DNA of 43,969 nt. Source: a virus. Lineage: Duplodnaviria; Caudoviricetes. This document shows positions 1-10,027 of the stretch, one piece after another (within the stretch, counting starts at the first letter, position 1; each line of letters opens with the position of its first letter). The notes beneath the pieces are model-generated. The model saw nothing but the letters and a program-made list of their open reading frames with translations. It ran no database searches and was not told the origin of the DNA. Both the position numbers and the translations under genes were made by a program. The stretch covers positions 1 through 43,969 of the IMG/VR virus record IMGVR_UViG_3300037195_000905. The stretch is one strand, 5' to 3'.

Positions 1-1102
1 GACCTGCATCATTACCTCTGTTACCTGACCTTGTGAATGAAATATGTGCTGCATCAGCATCAGTCCACGCACCATTAGAAGCCACATGAGTAAGAGTTAA
101 TTGTGACCAGCCAGAATTATCTGTTAGAGCAGTTATTGAATAAACTGCAAACGTAGCAGGAGTATCATCTTTCCTTATGGTAACGTATCCATAATGAGTC
201 GTATTGGTACCATCATCCATAGAGTTTATAAAGGCTGAAACATCTGGATTGCCAGTAGCAGCAGTTGTATCATCAATCGCAATAGCAGTTACCGAGCCTA
301 TAGTTGCATGGTTTAGCCTGAATGTACCGGCTCCTGGATCAGCCATCGCAGTTGTATCGCTGAATGTATATTTATATGCAACGGCACCTGCTGAAGCTGT
401 AGCCGATGCAGCATCAACAATGAGGTCCCACTTCGCAGAGTCAGCATTAGATGATAACGGTTGAGAGCCTGAAGATGTATGGTCAGTATTACACCAATAT
501 ATATTATTATTACTGGTATCCTTTACAATATCTCTGGCATTATATGCTGTCGATGCAGCCCAATTACCTCTGTTAGTACCGATTGAAGATGCAAGCTCCA
601 AGTCATCGCCATCATCATTCCATGCAACTGCCTTGTTCTTTCTATTGGCAGCCGATGTTCCTTCCGGAAATGTTATGCCGGTTTGAGTAGATCCTTCAGT
701 CAGTAATACTGCTCGATCAAACTTCTCTTCATGCTGATTGTTTAAGACCGTGATGTAGTCAAGCTGGTCCTCAACAGTCTCATTGAATATCCTACCTGTA
801 TCCGGAAGATCAGTAGTCTGCTCAATAGGGAAGGCATATATAATTGCCAACTTCTCACCTGAAGCAAGTGTACTATAAGATGAACCAGCTTTAGGGAAGT
901 CAACCGTACCTCCACCAGCATCACCGGAACCGTTTACTGTATAATCAGTATCAAGTACCGGTTCTGTTTCCACACCATCACCGTCAGTATGCACAATCTT
1001 TATGTGTGATGTGGCTCCAATCTTTACTGTGTACGAGAATGAAGTCGCTGATCCATTCCCTGATGAATTATGTCTTGTTGGTATTGTGGCATCAATAGTC
1101 AT
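1..1102 (-). CDS. Tail fibre/spike protein, N-terminal part (runs off the left edge; absent from the ORF track)
   Basis: ATG at 1102 with GGAG SD; open to the edge: MTIDATIPTRHNSSGNGSATSFSYTVKI...VLDTDYTVNGSGDAGGGTV...EDQLDYITVLNNQ resembles the T7-gp17-type anchor; position after the ejection genes. Confidence 0.85.
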   Translation of the reverse strand, partial: MTIDATIPTRHNSSGNGSATSFSYTVKIGATSHIKIVHTDGDGVETEPVLDTDYTVNGSGDAGGGTVDFPKAGSSYSTLASGEKLAIIYAFPIEQTTDLPDTGRIFNETVEDQLDYITVLNNQHEEKFDRAVLLTEGSTQTGITFPEGTSAANRKNKAVAWNDDGDDLELASSIGTNRGNWAASTAYNARDIVKDTSNNNIYWCNTDHTSSGSQPLSSNADSAKWDLIVDAASATASAGAVAYKYTFSDTTAMADPGAGTFRLNHATIGSVTAIAIDDTTAATGNPDVSAFINSMDDGTNTTHYGYVTIRKDDTPATFAVYSITALTDNSGWSQLTLTHVASNGAWTDADAAHISFTRSGNRGNDAG

Positions 1103-1117
1103 TTTATTTCTCCTATT

Positions 1118-4100
1118 CTAATTTATTGGCGATTGTCCTAATATTTGGACTGAACTGTCTCTGCTTAAACCGTTTTCTTTGGCATCTTTCACTCCTTTAT
1201 AAGCGTGCCAAAATGTCTCAACAGGCTTGCCTACTAACTTTCCAGCAGCAGAAGACAAGTCCTCAACTCCTCCCCAAAATTCTTCTGCATCCATATTCAA
1301 GCCACCATTTACCATATCCTTAATGCCTCTATTAAACTGATTAACGCCATCCAAGAATGGGATTGGTCGTTCCTCGAATCCTCTGTCTGCGAGAACGGCT
1401 GTGTCATATAAAAATCTTAAACTGTTCCCAATCAAAGGCACCACATTAAGATTACCCAAAATTGCTGCTCTTAACAAATGGTCTGGATCAAAGCCGTCTT
1501 CATCGGTTACAACATCTGCCAATGCTTGCCAAATTAAAGGAAGCACAAAATGATATAATGCAAACTTGCGACCTGCCTGATACATACTGACTTTGTTTCT
1601 GCCCACTATTGGTAATGGTGATTGCCTTATGGCTTCCATTTCTGCTCTTAAATACGAGAAGGGAGCAGAACGGAACATACCAAATGACCTTCCTAAAGCA
1701 TGGCTCCTTTGCATAGCAGATGTTTGATTTAACGCCCTTGACTGCTGGCGTGTTTGAGTGGCTCTATCTACTACATCAAGTGCCTGTTGGTGTGTTAGCC
1801 GGTTTTTCTTTCTTGTCGTTAAATGACGATACAAAGCCCACCCACCAGCATAAATAGCGCCTATGTCTCCCATTTTTACGTTGGCATCTAACATCCTATT
1901 TATTGTTTTGCGTTCTTTCAAAAGACGGATTATACTCTCTGAATCGGAAGCCATGTTTGCAATAGCAACTTCAGGGTTGGCATCCCTGGCAAATATTCGT
2001 GGAACTTGCCTCAGTATCTGCATCTGCTTATTTTTTCTTAAATGAGCAATATCGTTTGCTGATTTTAATATAAAGTCAATCTGTCCAGCAACGAAAGCAT
2101 GAAGAGGCATGTGCTCTAAATACGCAGGTATTGACAGCAGTTGCTTTATCGCAATTACAGGCTTTATCCTCAAAACTGCACGTGAGAACGCACTATTAAG
2201 CCTGTTTATAACTCTATCTATTGTTGCGCCACCCTGAACACGACCTCTTATCATATCCGTAACATTGTCTGCCATCATTTCATACAATAGTTCTCCATGC
2301 ACAGATATTATTGCCTTCTTTAATTTAGTGTTAGTCATAATTTGCCTTACATCCGTAAGTTTATCTGCAGTTGCTATATAATGACTGATTTCAATAATAT
2401 GCTTTTGTAATATTGCCTCTGCGCTTACTTTTCTAAATCGGAGACTACTATCAACCCTACCTTTTTGAGCAGATTTAGAAATCGAAACCCTTGCTTTTCT
2501 ATCGTCTTCAAAACCAAGTATCTCCTTGCCCTCAAGCTCTCTGGAGAAGGGGAAGTAGTCTATGCTTGTGTCAACGCCTTGCACAACACTAATGCCATTT
2601 AGTTTCTTAAATACTTCGTCATGCTCTGGCAGCATACTCTTTATAACTTCACTCTTTGCCGTAGCTGCTTGTTTGTCTTCCGGACTTAATAGCTGAAACA
2701 ATTCATCAAACATTTCTTGAGTATAATTCATACCGTTAGGATCGAAAAACGTACTATGAGAAGAAGGATCTCTCATTAACAACCAAAAATACTGAAGTTG
2801 GCTTATGCTAAAATTTTCAATTCTTGGATCAGTACCGATATTTCCAGTAAATTTATCTCCCTTTGTTTCCTCTCTCAGCCCACGATTGATTAATTCTTTA
2901 CCAGCATTAAATACCTTTTCGTTGTCTAGCTGCCTGTTTATATATTTTGCATCACTATCAATTCCATAAGCCTCTTTTGCACTTTTCCTATAAGCCTCTC
3001 CGAATTTATTTATAAACCCTTGCCAATCCGACAATATTTTTTCTACATCAAGAGCATTTATAGCCTCTGAATTGTCTACGTCTTTTAAATTAAGTGCGAT
3101 GTCTAAATAATTTTGCCATTGTGCAAGAGTAAATCTTCCTATATTCTTTATTTTTTTCGCCTTTGCCAGTAGCTTTTGTATGAAAGAAGCAGTATCTATT
3201 TCACCCTGAACCTTTTCTGTGCGTAGTTTATCAGCAGCTACAGATGCAATATTTTTGTTTTTAATTTTTCTGCCAAGAATACGAGCTTTGGCATTCTCTT
3301 TGCCTTCTGAGCGCAATATCTCTATTTTGTCTGCAACTTCACGAACCTCAGCGCTAGTGACTTCTCTTGGATTAGCCTTGATATTTAAAACTTGATTACC
3401 AAGTACGTCATCTATGTCTTCATCAAACAAACGACTTTCAAGAAGTTCACTTGCTGGTGATTCACCGGTGACAGTATCAACCTTGCCGGAAGTATTGAAT
3501 AAAGCTGCAAGATTATCTAGTACAACCTGTATCTCTGCATCAAATTTACCCTGCTTTACTCCACCTACTTTATTAGGTTTGATTGCTTTACTACTAAGTG
3601 ACTTGCGCACCCTTTCCTTCTGTTCTTTAAGAGCCAATCGTTCAAATGTAGTAGCCACTTTAGATTTCAACTCAGATATATTCTCTATAAACCTATCAGA
3701 CTTCTTCAGGAATTGATTTATGATAGACGTTTTTGCATCCTTTAATTGTTGTAGATTCTCCTTTGTCTTTATAGACTCTGGAAGTCTTATCGAGTTTACT
3801 AGGTCTGTAATATTTCTCATGGCTTGTTTAATGTTATTCTTGGCTAACCTTGCACCCTCTCTCAATCCTTTATTCAATGCTCTCTCCTGTGCCTCTAAAC
3901 TCTTCTTGTCCATATCCTCTAACACCTTAGCTTTAACTTTAACAACATCACCTGAAGGAATATCAGCCTGTGTAAGCTCGTCTATATTTAGCGCAGTAGC
4001 TATTTGGTCTTTCAGCCTTTGTGTCTCTATCTTAGATTCAGTAGTACCACTCGTATCAACTTCAGGTCTTCTACCCTGTGTACCTAAACCACTCTTGATT

Positions 4101-6859
4101 GTAGTCTTACCGGCTTCCAAGTTCTCAAGCTCTTCTTCCAGTACATTGTTTGACCTGAATGGATCTTCAAGTCCCACACCTGGCTGGAACCGTTTAGCAT
4201 CACCTTCGATACGGTCATTTATTAATTGAAATAGTCTATTGCGTATAGCCTGAGCCACATCATTACCTACTTCAATTTCTTCATTTGGATTGTTTATAAT
4301 ATTTTCAACAGCAGCAATCACAGTAGACTTCTTTCTCCTATTCTTTTTACCTTTACCCTTTTGCTTCTTTCCAACTATATCTAAATCGTCAAAGAGGTAC
4401 GGAGGATTGGTACTCTTAACTCCGAATGCGTCCTGGTCCTGCTCGACTGATAGTTCCTGTTGTTTTTCCGGTATTATCCTTTCGCCTTGCTGTCCCTGCT
4501 CAAGCTCCTCAAGTATGAGGTTGGCTTCCTCTGTGATTACAGCGAACCTCTGTTCGTCTGACAGGAATTTAATTCTCTCTTTAGATATAGGCTTAGTAGC
4601 TCCTATTTCATTAATTAGCGAAATCTTGATTACAGTATCTCTCTGGCTGTCTAAATCTTCACGCTGTTTAAGCAGCTTCTTCTTCCTGAATTCCAGCCTT
4701 TTTGTAGACTGTTTCTTCGGCTTCTTACCACCAACAACCAACCTCCCCTTTTCCTTCTCAACTATCTGCTCGTCAATATCTAAGACTTCAACATCTATAT
4801 CTTTTATCAGATCATTGAGTTCAGTTAATCGACCTCTGATTATTTCTTTCCTTACAGGTTGTGACGGACCAACCGGTGCCAGCTTCTCCTCTACCTTCTC
4901 GATAATTTCGTCTGCGGTGACTTCAACTTGCTCTACTTGGCTTGGCTCAAACACTACAAACCAATCACCTTCTGTTTCAAAACTGTCCAACTTACCACCT
5001 TGTTTTATAACAATACCATCGTTTCCGGCTGCCTGTAGGTTAGACTTTAAAGCATTTCCGTCTATGTCAAATAGGTTCTGTGGGTTTGCCTTTTCAAATT
5101 GTTTTATAAACTCAAGAAATTCATCTGGACTTTGAAATACAACAGGATTATCTAGCTGTATCTTAGTCTCGATAGTTCTTCCGGTAAATTTATTTCCCTC
5201 TTCGTCAAACCCCTGAGAAAAAGTATCAGCTTCACTCTTGTCAGAAGTAAACCAAATACCAATAGAATCTAATCCACCTGTTGCTGGACCTTTACCTCCA
5301 GCGCTCTTACCTGTTTCAAAAGCATTAAAATCTGCAACTGTTCCATGAAATACAGACTTCCCTTGTTTCGTTGCATCACCCTCTTCACCTGTGATTTCAT
5401 TTACAACCTCCTCAACATCCTTAACCACCTGCTCTGCGACTTCAGGTGTAAGCTCTTGTGGCTCAACACCTTCTGCAGTCCGTTTAATAGCGTCTTCTAT
5501 GGCTTTATCTGCTTCGGTCTGTACTATGTCCGATAATCTCTTATTTATTTTTTCCCTGTCAGTTTCCAGATCAGCCAACTGTTTATCTATCTTATCAGTA
5601 GACTGACCTTTGTCCTGCGGTGTCCTCCTCTCGATGCGTAGCTGATTAATGTCAGCATCTACGGCTGCCCTGAGTTGTAGATTCTTCTTAAGTTCATCTA
5701 TCTGTCCCTGTATAATATCAGCACCAAATCCTGCTCCGGCAACCGGTACTGTGATTCCACCACCAATACCTGCTCCGACAATACCTGCCTCTGTCATTCT
5801 AGCCAGAGTTTCCTGTACGCTTACAGACTCAAATTCACCGGCTCCAGACGCTTCAGCAAAGGCTTTCATGGTTTCACCAGCTATAACCTGTGTGGCTTCC
5901 TGGAGAGCCTCTGTGCCACCCTCAGCAAGCATCATGGCTGCCAACTTAAAGAGGAATGACTTCATCGCCTGAGTAGTAGTAGGAAATTTCAGAGCTTCAG
6001 TTGCTTTAAAACCAGCCTTCTTTAATAGTTTCCCCACACCTGGCATCATTCTAGCCAGTAATCCAAACGGTAAGGCTTCAAGACCAGTACCAACAGCACC
6101 CGACATAACGGCTCCAACCCTTGCAAGAGCTTCAGGCAACTTATTACCTTCGTCATCTGTAAAATTACGATATTCCAGATATGCGTTGCCGGTCATCTGC
6201 TTAAATGCGTTATTTAATGCACCAGTACCTCCGGCTACACTCATAGTAAGAGGAAGAAACGGTGCTGATAACCCACCGGTCATAGGTATTGTTAAGGCGT
6301 GTAAACTTCCTGCTGCTGCTGCAGATTCAATACCTTCTCGTCCCATGTTCCACAGTACCGGTATCTGCTTACCAACAGCATCAGCCCAAAACTCAACCGT
6401 AAGAAATCCAGGAGACTCCGGCTCCGGCTCGTCTTCATCACCAAGAGGTATTATTGTGCCTTCCAATCCTTCAGGATCTTTACCTGCGATACGCCTATCC
6501 AAGAATTTTAATCTGGCTTCTCTTTCTTCCGAAGCTGGCTCACTCAATCTAGCCTCAAATACCATCTGCGCTCCTATGAGATTTTTCTCAACTTCATCGG
6601 TACCAGTATCTAATCCCATCTTAAACACTTCCAGATATTTAGCCCACGCACCTTTTGGGACCTCAACATTACGGCTCCCAAAAAGGCTTAGAAGCTCATT
6701 CTGCTGTGGATTGCCATTGGCTGTATCAAGTTCCAGTTGGCTTTGTGGAGAAAATTTTGCAAACGGATCTCTCTCGTCCTCTACAAATCTTGCGAAAGGA
6801 TCTCTGTCTTTCTCTGCAAACTTTGCAAATGGATCTATGTCTTTTACTGGTGTAACCAT
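1118..6859 (-). CDS. Large internal virion/DNA-ejection polyvalent protein with an ADP-ribosyltransferase-like domain (1913 aa)
   Basis: Position of the T7 gp16 equivalent; Ala/Gly-rich hydrophobic N-region; VFHGT...GIWFTSD...LDNP...GNDGIVI...VVFEPSQV at about 4930-5360; helical C-terminus. Confidence 0.75.
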   Translation of the reverse strand: MVTPVKDIDPFAKFAEKDRDPFARFVEDERDPFAKFSPQSQLELDTANGNPQQNELLSLFGSRNVEVPKGAWAKYLEVFKMGLDTGTDEVEKNLIGAQMVFEARLSEPASEEREARLKFLDRRIAGKDPEGLEGTIIPLGDEDEPEPESPGFLTVEFWADAVGKQIPVLWNMGREGIESAAAAGSLHALTIPMTGGLSAPFLPLTMSVAGGTGALNNAFKQMTGNAYLEYRNFTDDEGNKLPEALARVGAVMSGAVGTGLEALPFGLLARMMPGVGKLLKKAGFKATEALKFPTTTQAMKSFLFKLAAMMLAEGGTEALQEATQVIAGETMKAFAEASGAGEFESVSVQETLARMTEAGIVGAGIGGGITVPVAGAGFGADIIQGQIDELKKNLQLRAAVDADINQLRIERRTPQDKGQSTDKIDKQLADLETDREKINKRLSDIVQTEADKAIEDAIKRTAEGVEPQELTPEVAEQVVKDVEEVVNEITGEEGDATKQGKSVFHGTVADFNAFETGKSAGGKGPATGGLDSIGIWFTSDKSEADTFSQGFDEEGNKFTGRTIETKIQLDNPVVFQSPDEFLEFIKQFEKANPQNLFDIDGNALKSNLQAAGNDGIVIKQGGKLDSFETEGDWFVVFEPSQVEQVEVTADEIIEKVEEKLAPVGPSQPVRKEIIRGRLTELNDLIKDIDVEVLDIDEQIVEKEKGRLVVGGKKPKKQSTKRLEFRKKKLLKQREDLDSQRDTVIKISLINEIGATKPISKERIKFLSDEQRFAVITEEANLILEELEQGQQGERIIPEKQQELSVEQDQDAFGVKSTNPPYLFDDLDIVGKKQKGKGKKNRRKKSTVIAAVENIINNPNEEIEVGNDVAQAIRNRLFQLINDRIEGDAKRFQPGVGLEDPFRSNNVLEEELENLEAGKTTIKSGLGTQGRRPEVDTSGTTESKIETQRLKDQIATALNIDELTQADIPSGDVVKVKAKVLEDMDKKSLEAQERALNKGLREGARLAKNNIKQAMRNITDLVNSIRLPESIKTKENLQQLKDAKTSIINQFLKKSDRFIENISELKSKVATTFERLALKEQKERVRKSLSSKAIKPNKVGGVKQGKFDAEIQVVLDNLAALFNTSGKVDTVTGESPASELLESRLFDEDIDDVLGNQVLNIKANPREVTSAEVREVADKIEILRSEGKENAKARILGRKIKNKNIASVAADKLRTEKVQGEIDTASFIQKLLAKAKKIKNIGRFTLAQWQNYLDIALNLKDVDNSEAINALDVEKILSDWQGFINKFGEAYRKSAKEAYGIDSDAKYINRQLDNEKVFNAGKELINRGLREETKGDKFTGNIGTDPRIENFSISQLQYFWLLMRDPSSHSTFFDPNGMNYTQEMFDELFQLLSPEDKQAATAKSEVIKSMLPEHDEVFKKLNGISVVQGVDTSIDYFPFSRELEGKEILGFEDDRKARVSISKSAQKGRVDSSLRFRKVSAEAILQKHIIEISHYIATADKLTDVRQIMTNTKLKKAIISVHGELLYEMMADNVTDMIRGRVQGGATIDRVINRLNSAFSRAVLRIKPVIAIKQLLSIPAYLEHMPLHAFVAGQIDFILKSANDIAHLRKNKQMQILRQVPRIFARDANPEVAIANMASDSESIIRLLKERKTINRMLDANVKMGDIGAIYAGGWALYRHLTTRKKNRLTHQQALDVVDRATQTRQQSRALNQTSAMQRSHALGRSFGMFRSAPFSYLRAEMEAIRQSPLPIVGRNKVSMYQAGRKFALYHFVLPLIWQALADVVTDEDGFDPDHLLRAAILGNLNVVPLIGNSLRFLYDTAVLADRGFEERPIPFLDGVNQFNRGIKDMVNGGLNMDAEEFWGGVEDLSSAAGKLVGKPVETFWHAYKGVKDAKENGLSRDSSVQILGQSPIN
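6752..6835 (-). repeat. Three 33-bp in-frame repeats encoding DPFA(K/R)F
   Basis: aaattttgcaaacggatc (6752), aaatcttgcgaaaggatc (6785), aaactttgcaaatggatc (6818). Confidence 0.9.
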
Positions 6860-8748
6860 TATTGAGTAGTGCCTCCGGTTAATTCGTTAAATTTATCTAC
6901 TCCAAAATGTTTGATGAATGATTTTACTGAAACAGGATCATCAACGCTCTCCAACAACTGATCTATTGCTTCCTGTGGTGGATTTCTAAAGACCTTTCGT
7001 GGCTCTTGCTCTGCAAGTGTCATAATACCATCAGGGATGTTTTCAAAACTGTCCAAGTTTAACAACACCCTTTTAGTTCTATTTAAAGCCACCTTACTTA
7101 TATTACTTATTGCTAGTTCTGTTTTTATAGAATCATTCTTAATGCCGTCATCGCTCAGGTCTTGTCTCTCAGCCTCTTCAAATACAAACGTAATGGCAAG
7201 GTTCTGAGCTATTGGATCGTTCATAAATTCTGCTCCTCCGGTTGCAGCCTTCTCAAGCTCACTAAGAACATGAGTGAAAGGTCCGGAATATATATCTGCA
7301 TCTTTTTTTCCCACACCCCACATACCATCCTTCGCCTGAAAGTGTTTTGACTCTATCATCTTCTTCATAGGTCCCATCAGTTTTTCAAAGTATGTAAGCG
7401 CCCACACCCTTCTCACCCCTTTCTCTGCAACCGCCCTAATTAAATCACCCTGAAGATCAGCGATTTCTTGAAGCTGAACAGACGCATTCTTCGCCACAGT
7501 TCTTGACACTGGACCTTTACGGTTAGCACCCCTTCTGCGTTTCTTTGAAATCATATACTCATTAAACCTACCAATAAATATAGCTTCATTAAAAAACTGT
7601 TCCTCTTCTGATATAGTTGGCGGTTTACCCTGAATTTCATCTGCAAGTTTGGTTGCTTCTCTGTCTATTACCTTCTTCTGCGCAGCTTTCAGAATCTTTA
7701 CCTCGTCAGGTGAGTTTTCCAAAGTAAGGCAATCCCTAAGAACATCTATCCTCTTGCGTAGAATTATCTCTGCTGCGCCACCCTTGACGTAGGTTGGGTT
7801 ATTAGGATCAATCTTCTTGCCAGTAAGCAAACTATCAAGTTCTATTTGTGTAGCATCTATCATATAGGCTAATTCGGAGTAATTTGCAGTTCCAGTTAAA
7901 GCTGCCATAGCTTGATCGCCAAATATCTTAATATTCTCAGCCCACGCTGTTACTTCATATTTTTGAGCAATATTTTTCATTGAAGAATTGGCACGATTAC
8001 GGAACTCTGTTTCGTCTGCATCGGTCAAGTCTTTAAGCTGGTTTGGATCATCTAGCATTTTTTTGAGTTTCGCTGGCTCTTTGTCAACCATAGAATGAGA
8101 ATCATTTCTATCAATTTGCCTTTTAACCTTTATTATTTCTGTATCAAGGTCTTTTGGGTTCAACCTATAATCAAGACCGTATCCGGCTGAAAAACCATTC
8201 ATTAAAACAGAAACAGCTTGGTCTTTTAACTGTGTGGTATCGTCAACCTTTGCTGCAGTTGCGACTAACGCAGCGACACTAGCATTCATAGCATTTCTAC
8301 CATTAACAATCATCTGTGTTCTTGCCCATTTGTTATTACTTATACCAATTCGAGTACGCACAGGCAGGGTTAACTGGTCAAACCTTCGCTTTGTGCCTGG
8401 ATCCATATTTTCTGAAATCTTTTTCATATCTTCATCAAATCGTGTTGTCTCAACAGCCTGAAATCCAGGAAGCGAAGTTGTTGGGTTCTTCAGCGCCACT
8501 TGTCTTGCAACGTCCATCTTTGTTTGTTGATCAATAGGCACATTTCTAAAGGCTTCATTGGCTGCTGTGGTAGCCAAGCGTTGCTTCTCCCTGAATAGAG
8601 CCAAGTTTACGTTAGTTGCACCTTGCTCTATTTTTGTACCGATCTTCGCTGTAGCCGCTCCCACATCCTCACCGCCTGCTGGTATATTAATATCATGACT
8701 TCTTTTTGTTAAATCAGGCGCTTTTACACTTGGTATTTTTATTGGCAT
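6859..8748 (-). CDS. Putative internal virion/ejection protein (629 aa)
   Basis: Helical protein beginning MPIKIP; coupled between the gp14-like and gp16-like genes. Confidence 0.6.
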   Translation of the reverse strand: MPIKIPSVKAPDLTKRSHDINIPAGGEDVGAATAKIGTKIEQGATNVNLALFREKQRLATTAANEAFRNVPIDQQTKMDVARQVALKNPTTSLPGFQAVETTRFDEDMKKISENMDPGTKRRFDQLTLPVRTRIGISNNKWARTQMIVNGRNAMNASVAALVATAAKVDDTTQLKDQAVSVLMNGFSAGYGLDYRLNPKDLDTEIIKVKRQIDRNDSHSMVDKEPAKLKKMLDDPNQLKDLTDADETEFRNRANSSMKNIAQKYEVTAWAENIKIFGDQAMAALTGTANYSELAYMIDATQIELDSLLTGKKIDPNNPTYVKGGAAEIILRKRIDVLRDCLTLENSPDEVKILKAAQKKVIDREATKLADEIQGKPPTISEEEQFFNEAIFIGRFNEYMISKKRRRGANRKGPVSRTVAKNASVQLQEIADLQGDLIRAVAEKGVRRVWALTYFEKLMGPMKKMIESKHFQAKDGMWGVGKKDADIYSGPFTHVLSELEKAATGGAEFMNDPIAQNLAITFVFEEAERQDLSDDGIKNDSIKTELAISNISKVALNRTKRVLLNLDSFENIPDGIMTLAEQEPRKVFRNPPQEAIDQLLESVDDPVSVKSFIKHFGVDKFNELTGGTTQ

Positions 8749-9563
8749 TATACTGTTTTTGTCGCTAAAAAGGTTGTACCGGCAGTCGCAGCACCGGTGA
8801 TTAGAGATCCTGCGGTGTTAATATTGCCGGCTGTCTTAGCACTCTGTGATGCGAATGCGTTTAAATCTGCCATTGTGCTAAAATCTCCTGCCTGTTGTCT
8901 AAAGTTATTGGCTCTGTTTTCTGCATCTGCTGTTATTCTGAGTGCGTCTAGCTCTCCCAATACGGCTTGGTCAGCCAACATCTCTACCGAACTGCCCTCG
9001 TCAACAAAGAACCCCATAGCAGCCAAGCGAGCCTTCTCATACCCCACTCTCTGCCTAGTCTCTAATCGTTTATCTTCAACATCAGCCACTCCCTTCTCAA
9101 GAGCTAATATAGCATTCTGCTCTGCTATTAACGCATTGTTATTAGCTATACCTGATCTGTAGTCTGCTGCTCTAGCTACCGACCTTGAATTACTGAACGT
9201 ACCAAGTGCGGATAGACCAGTACCAACGAGTGATAGACCAGTAAGAACATTACCTGCCGTAAACATCGATGTTCCTGCTGCTGTCCCTGCTCCTACTCCT
9301 CCTCCTCCAACAAGTGCTGATCCACTCCCGATCATACCTGGAGAACCAATCTGAGACAAGCCCCCAAAAGTTAATGTTGGTACTTGTGATCCTGCTCCTC
9401 CTGCTCCTACTCCTCCTGCTAGTGTTGGTGCGGCAAGGTATCCACCTGCTGCGCCTATACCAGCGCCAATAAGAGCGCCTTTTGCATCTCCTGTGGCAGC
9501 ATATCCAATACCACCGCCTATTGCAGCACCAGCAAGCACCGTTAACGTGACAGGTTCACACAT
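8748..9563 (-). CDS. Internal virion protein (T7 gp14-like ejection protein)
   Basis: MCEPVT start, Gly/Ala-rich hydrophobic segments, ARLAAMGFFVDEGS motif; follows the GNAT gene. Confidence 0.7.
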   Translation of the reverse strand: MCEPVTLTVLAGAAIGGGIGYAATGDAKGALIGAGIGAAGGYLAAPTLAGGVGAGGAGSQVPTLTFGGLSQIGSPGMIGSGSALVGGGGVGAGTAAGTSMFTAGNVLTGLSLVGTGLSALGTFSNSRSVARAADYRSGIANNNALIAEQNAILALEKGVADVEDKRLETRQRVGYEKARLAAMGFFVDEGSSVEMLADQAVLGELDALRITADAENRANNFRQQAGDFSTMADLNAFASQSAKTAGNINTAGSLITGAATAGTTFLATKTV

Positions 9564-10027
9564 TATTTAATCTCCATAAAAAATTTCTTAAACGGAACAC
9601 CGTTCCTTTTGATAATTTTATCCTCAACAGTAAAACCCATAGCCTGTATCCACCTTAAAGATAACCTGTTTTCCATAGACACATGGTTTTCAAGGTAATT
9701 ATACCCCTCTACCACATCATCAAATAGCTCCTTTGTAAGCCGCATAAAGAGCCTCTTGTCCTCAGTTAAAACATCGGTGCCAAGCATCCAGGCATACCCT
9801 TTATTACTGAGTAATGACATCCTCACTATACCAATCATAGCTTCAGGAGTGCCATCACCAAATATGGTCCAACAACTACCCTCTGCCTTAATTCCATTAA
9901 GCAACGCCTTGTAAGGTGTTGTTCTGTGAGAAGCCCATATCTCTTTAACATCAGCCTCTCTCATTCTATGAGCTATCGGTAAAATATCTTCCTGTCTTGA
10001 TTGTCTTATCTCAACTTGTTTACTCAT
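9563..10027 (-). CDS. Phage GNAT-fold protein (internal virion protein A/gp13-like)
   Basis: MREADVKEIWA...WMLGT...LENHVSMENRLSLRWIQAMGF motif; synteny after tail tube B. Confidence 0.8.
   Translation of the reverse strand: MSKQVEIRQSRQEDILPIAHRMREADVKEIWASHRTTPYKALLNGIKAEGSCWTIFGDGTPEAMIGIVRMSLLSNKGYAWMLGTDVLTEDKRLFMRLTKELFDDVVEGYNYLENHVSMENRLSLRWIQAMGFTVEDKIIKRNGVPFKKFFMEIK

Noticed and set aside
3414-6869. Long plus-strand ORFs (e.g. 4290..5135, 6186..6869)
   Set aside because: Antisense shadows of the ejection gene; Ser/Phe/Leu-rich with no SD or motifs
9280-9430. CCTGCTCCTACTCCTCCT repeats
   Set aside because: Explained by Gly/Ala/Val low-complexity coding in the gp14-like protein
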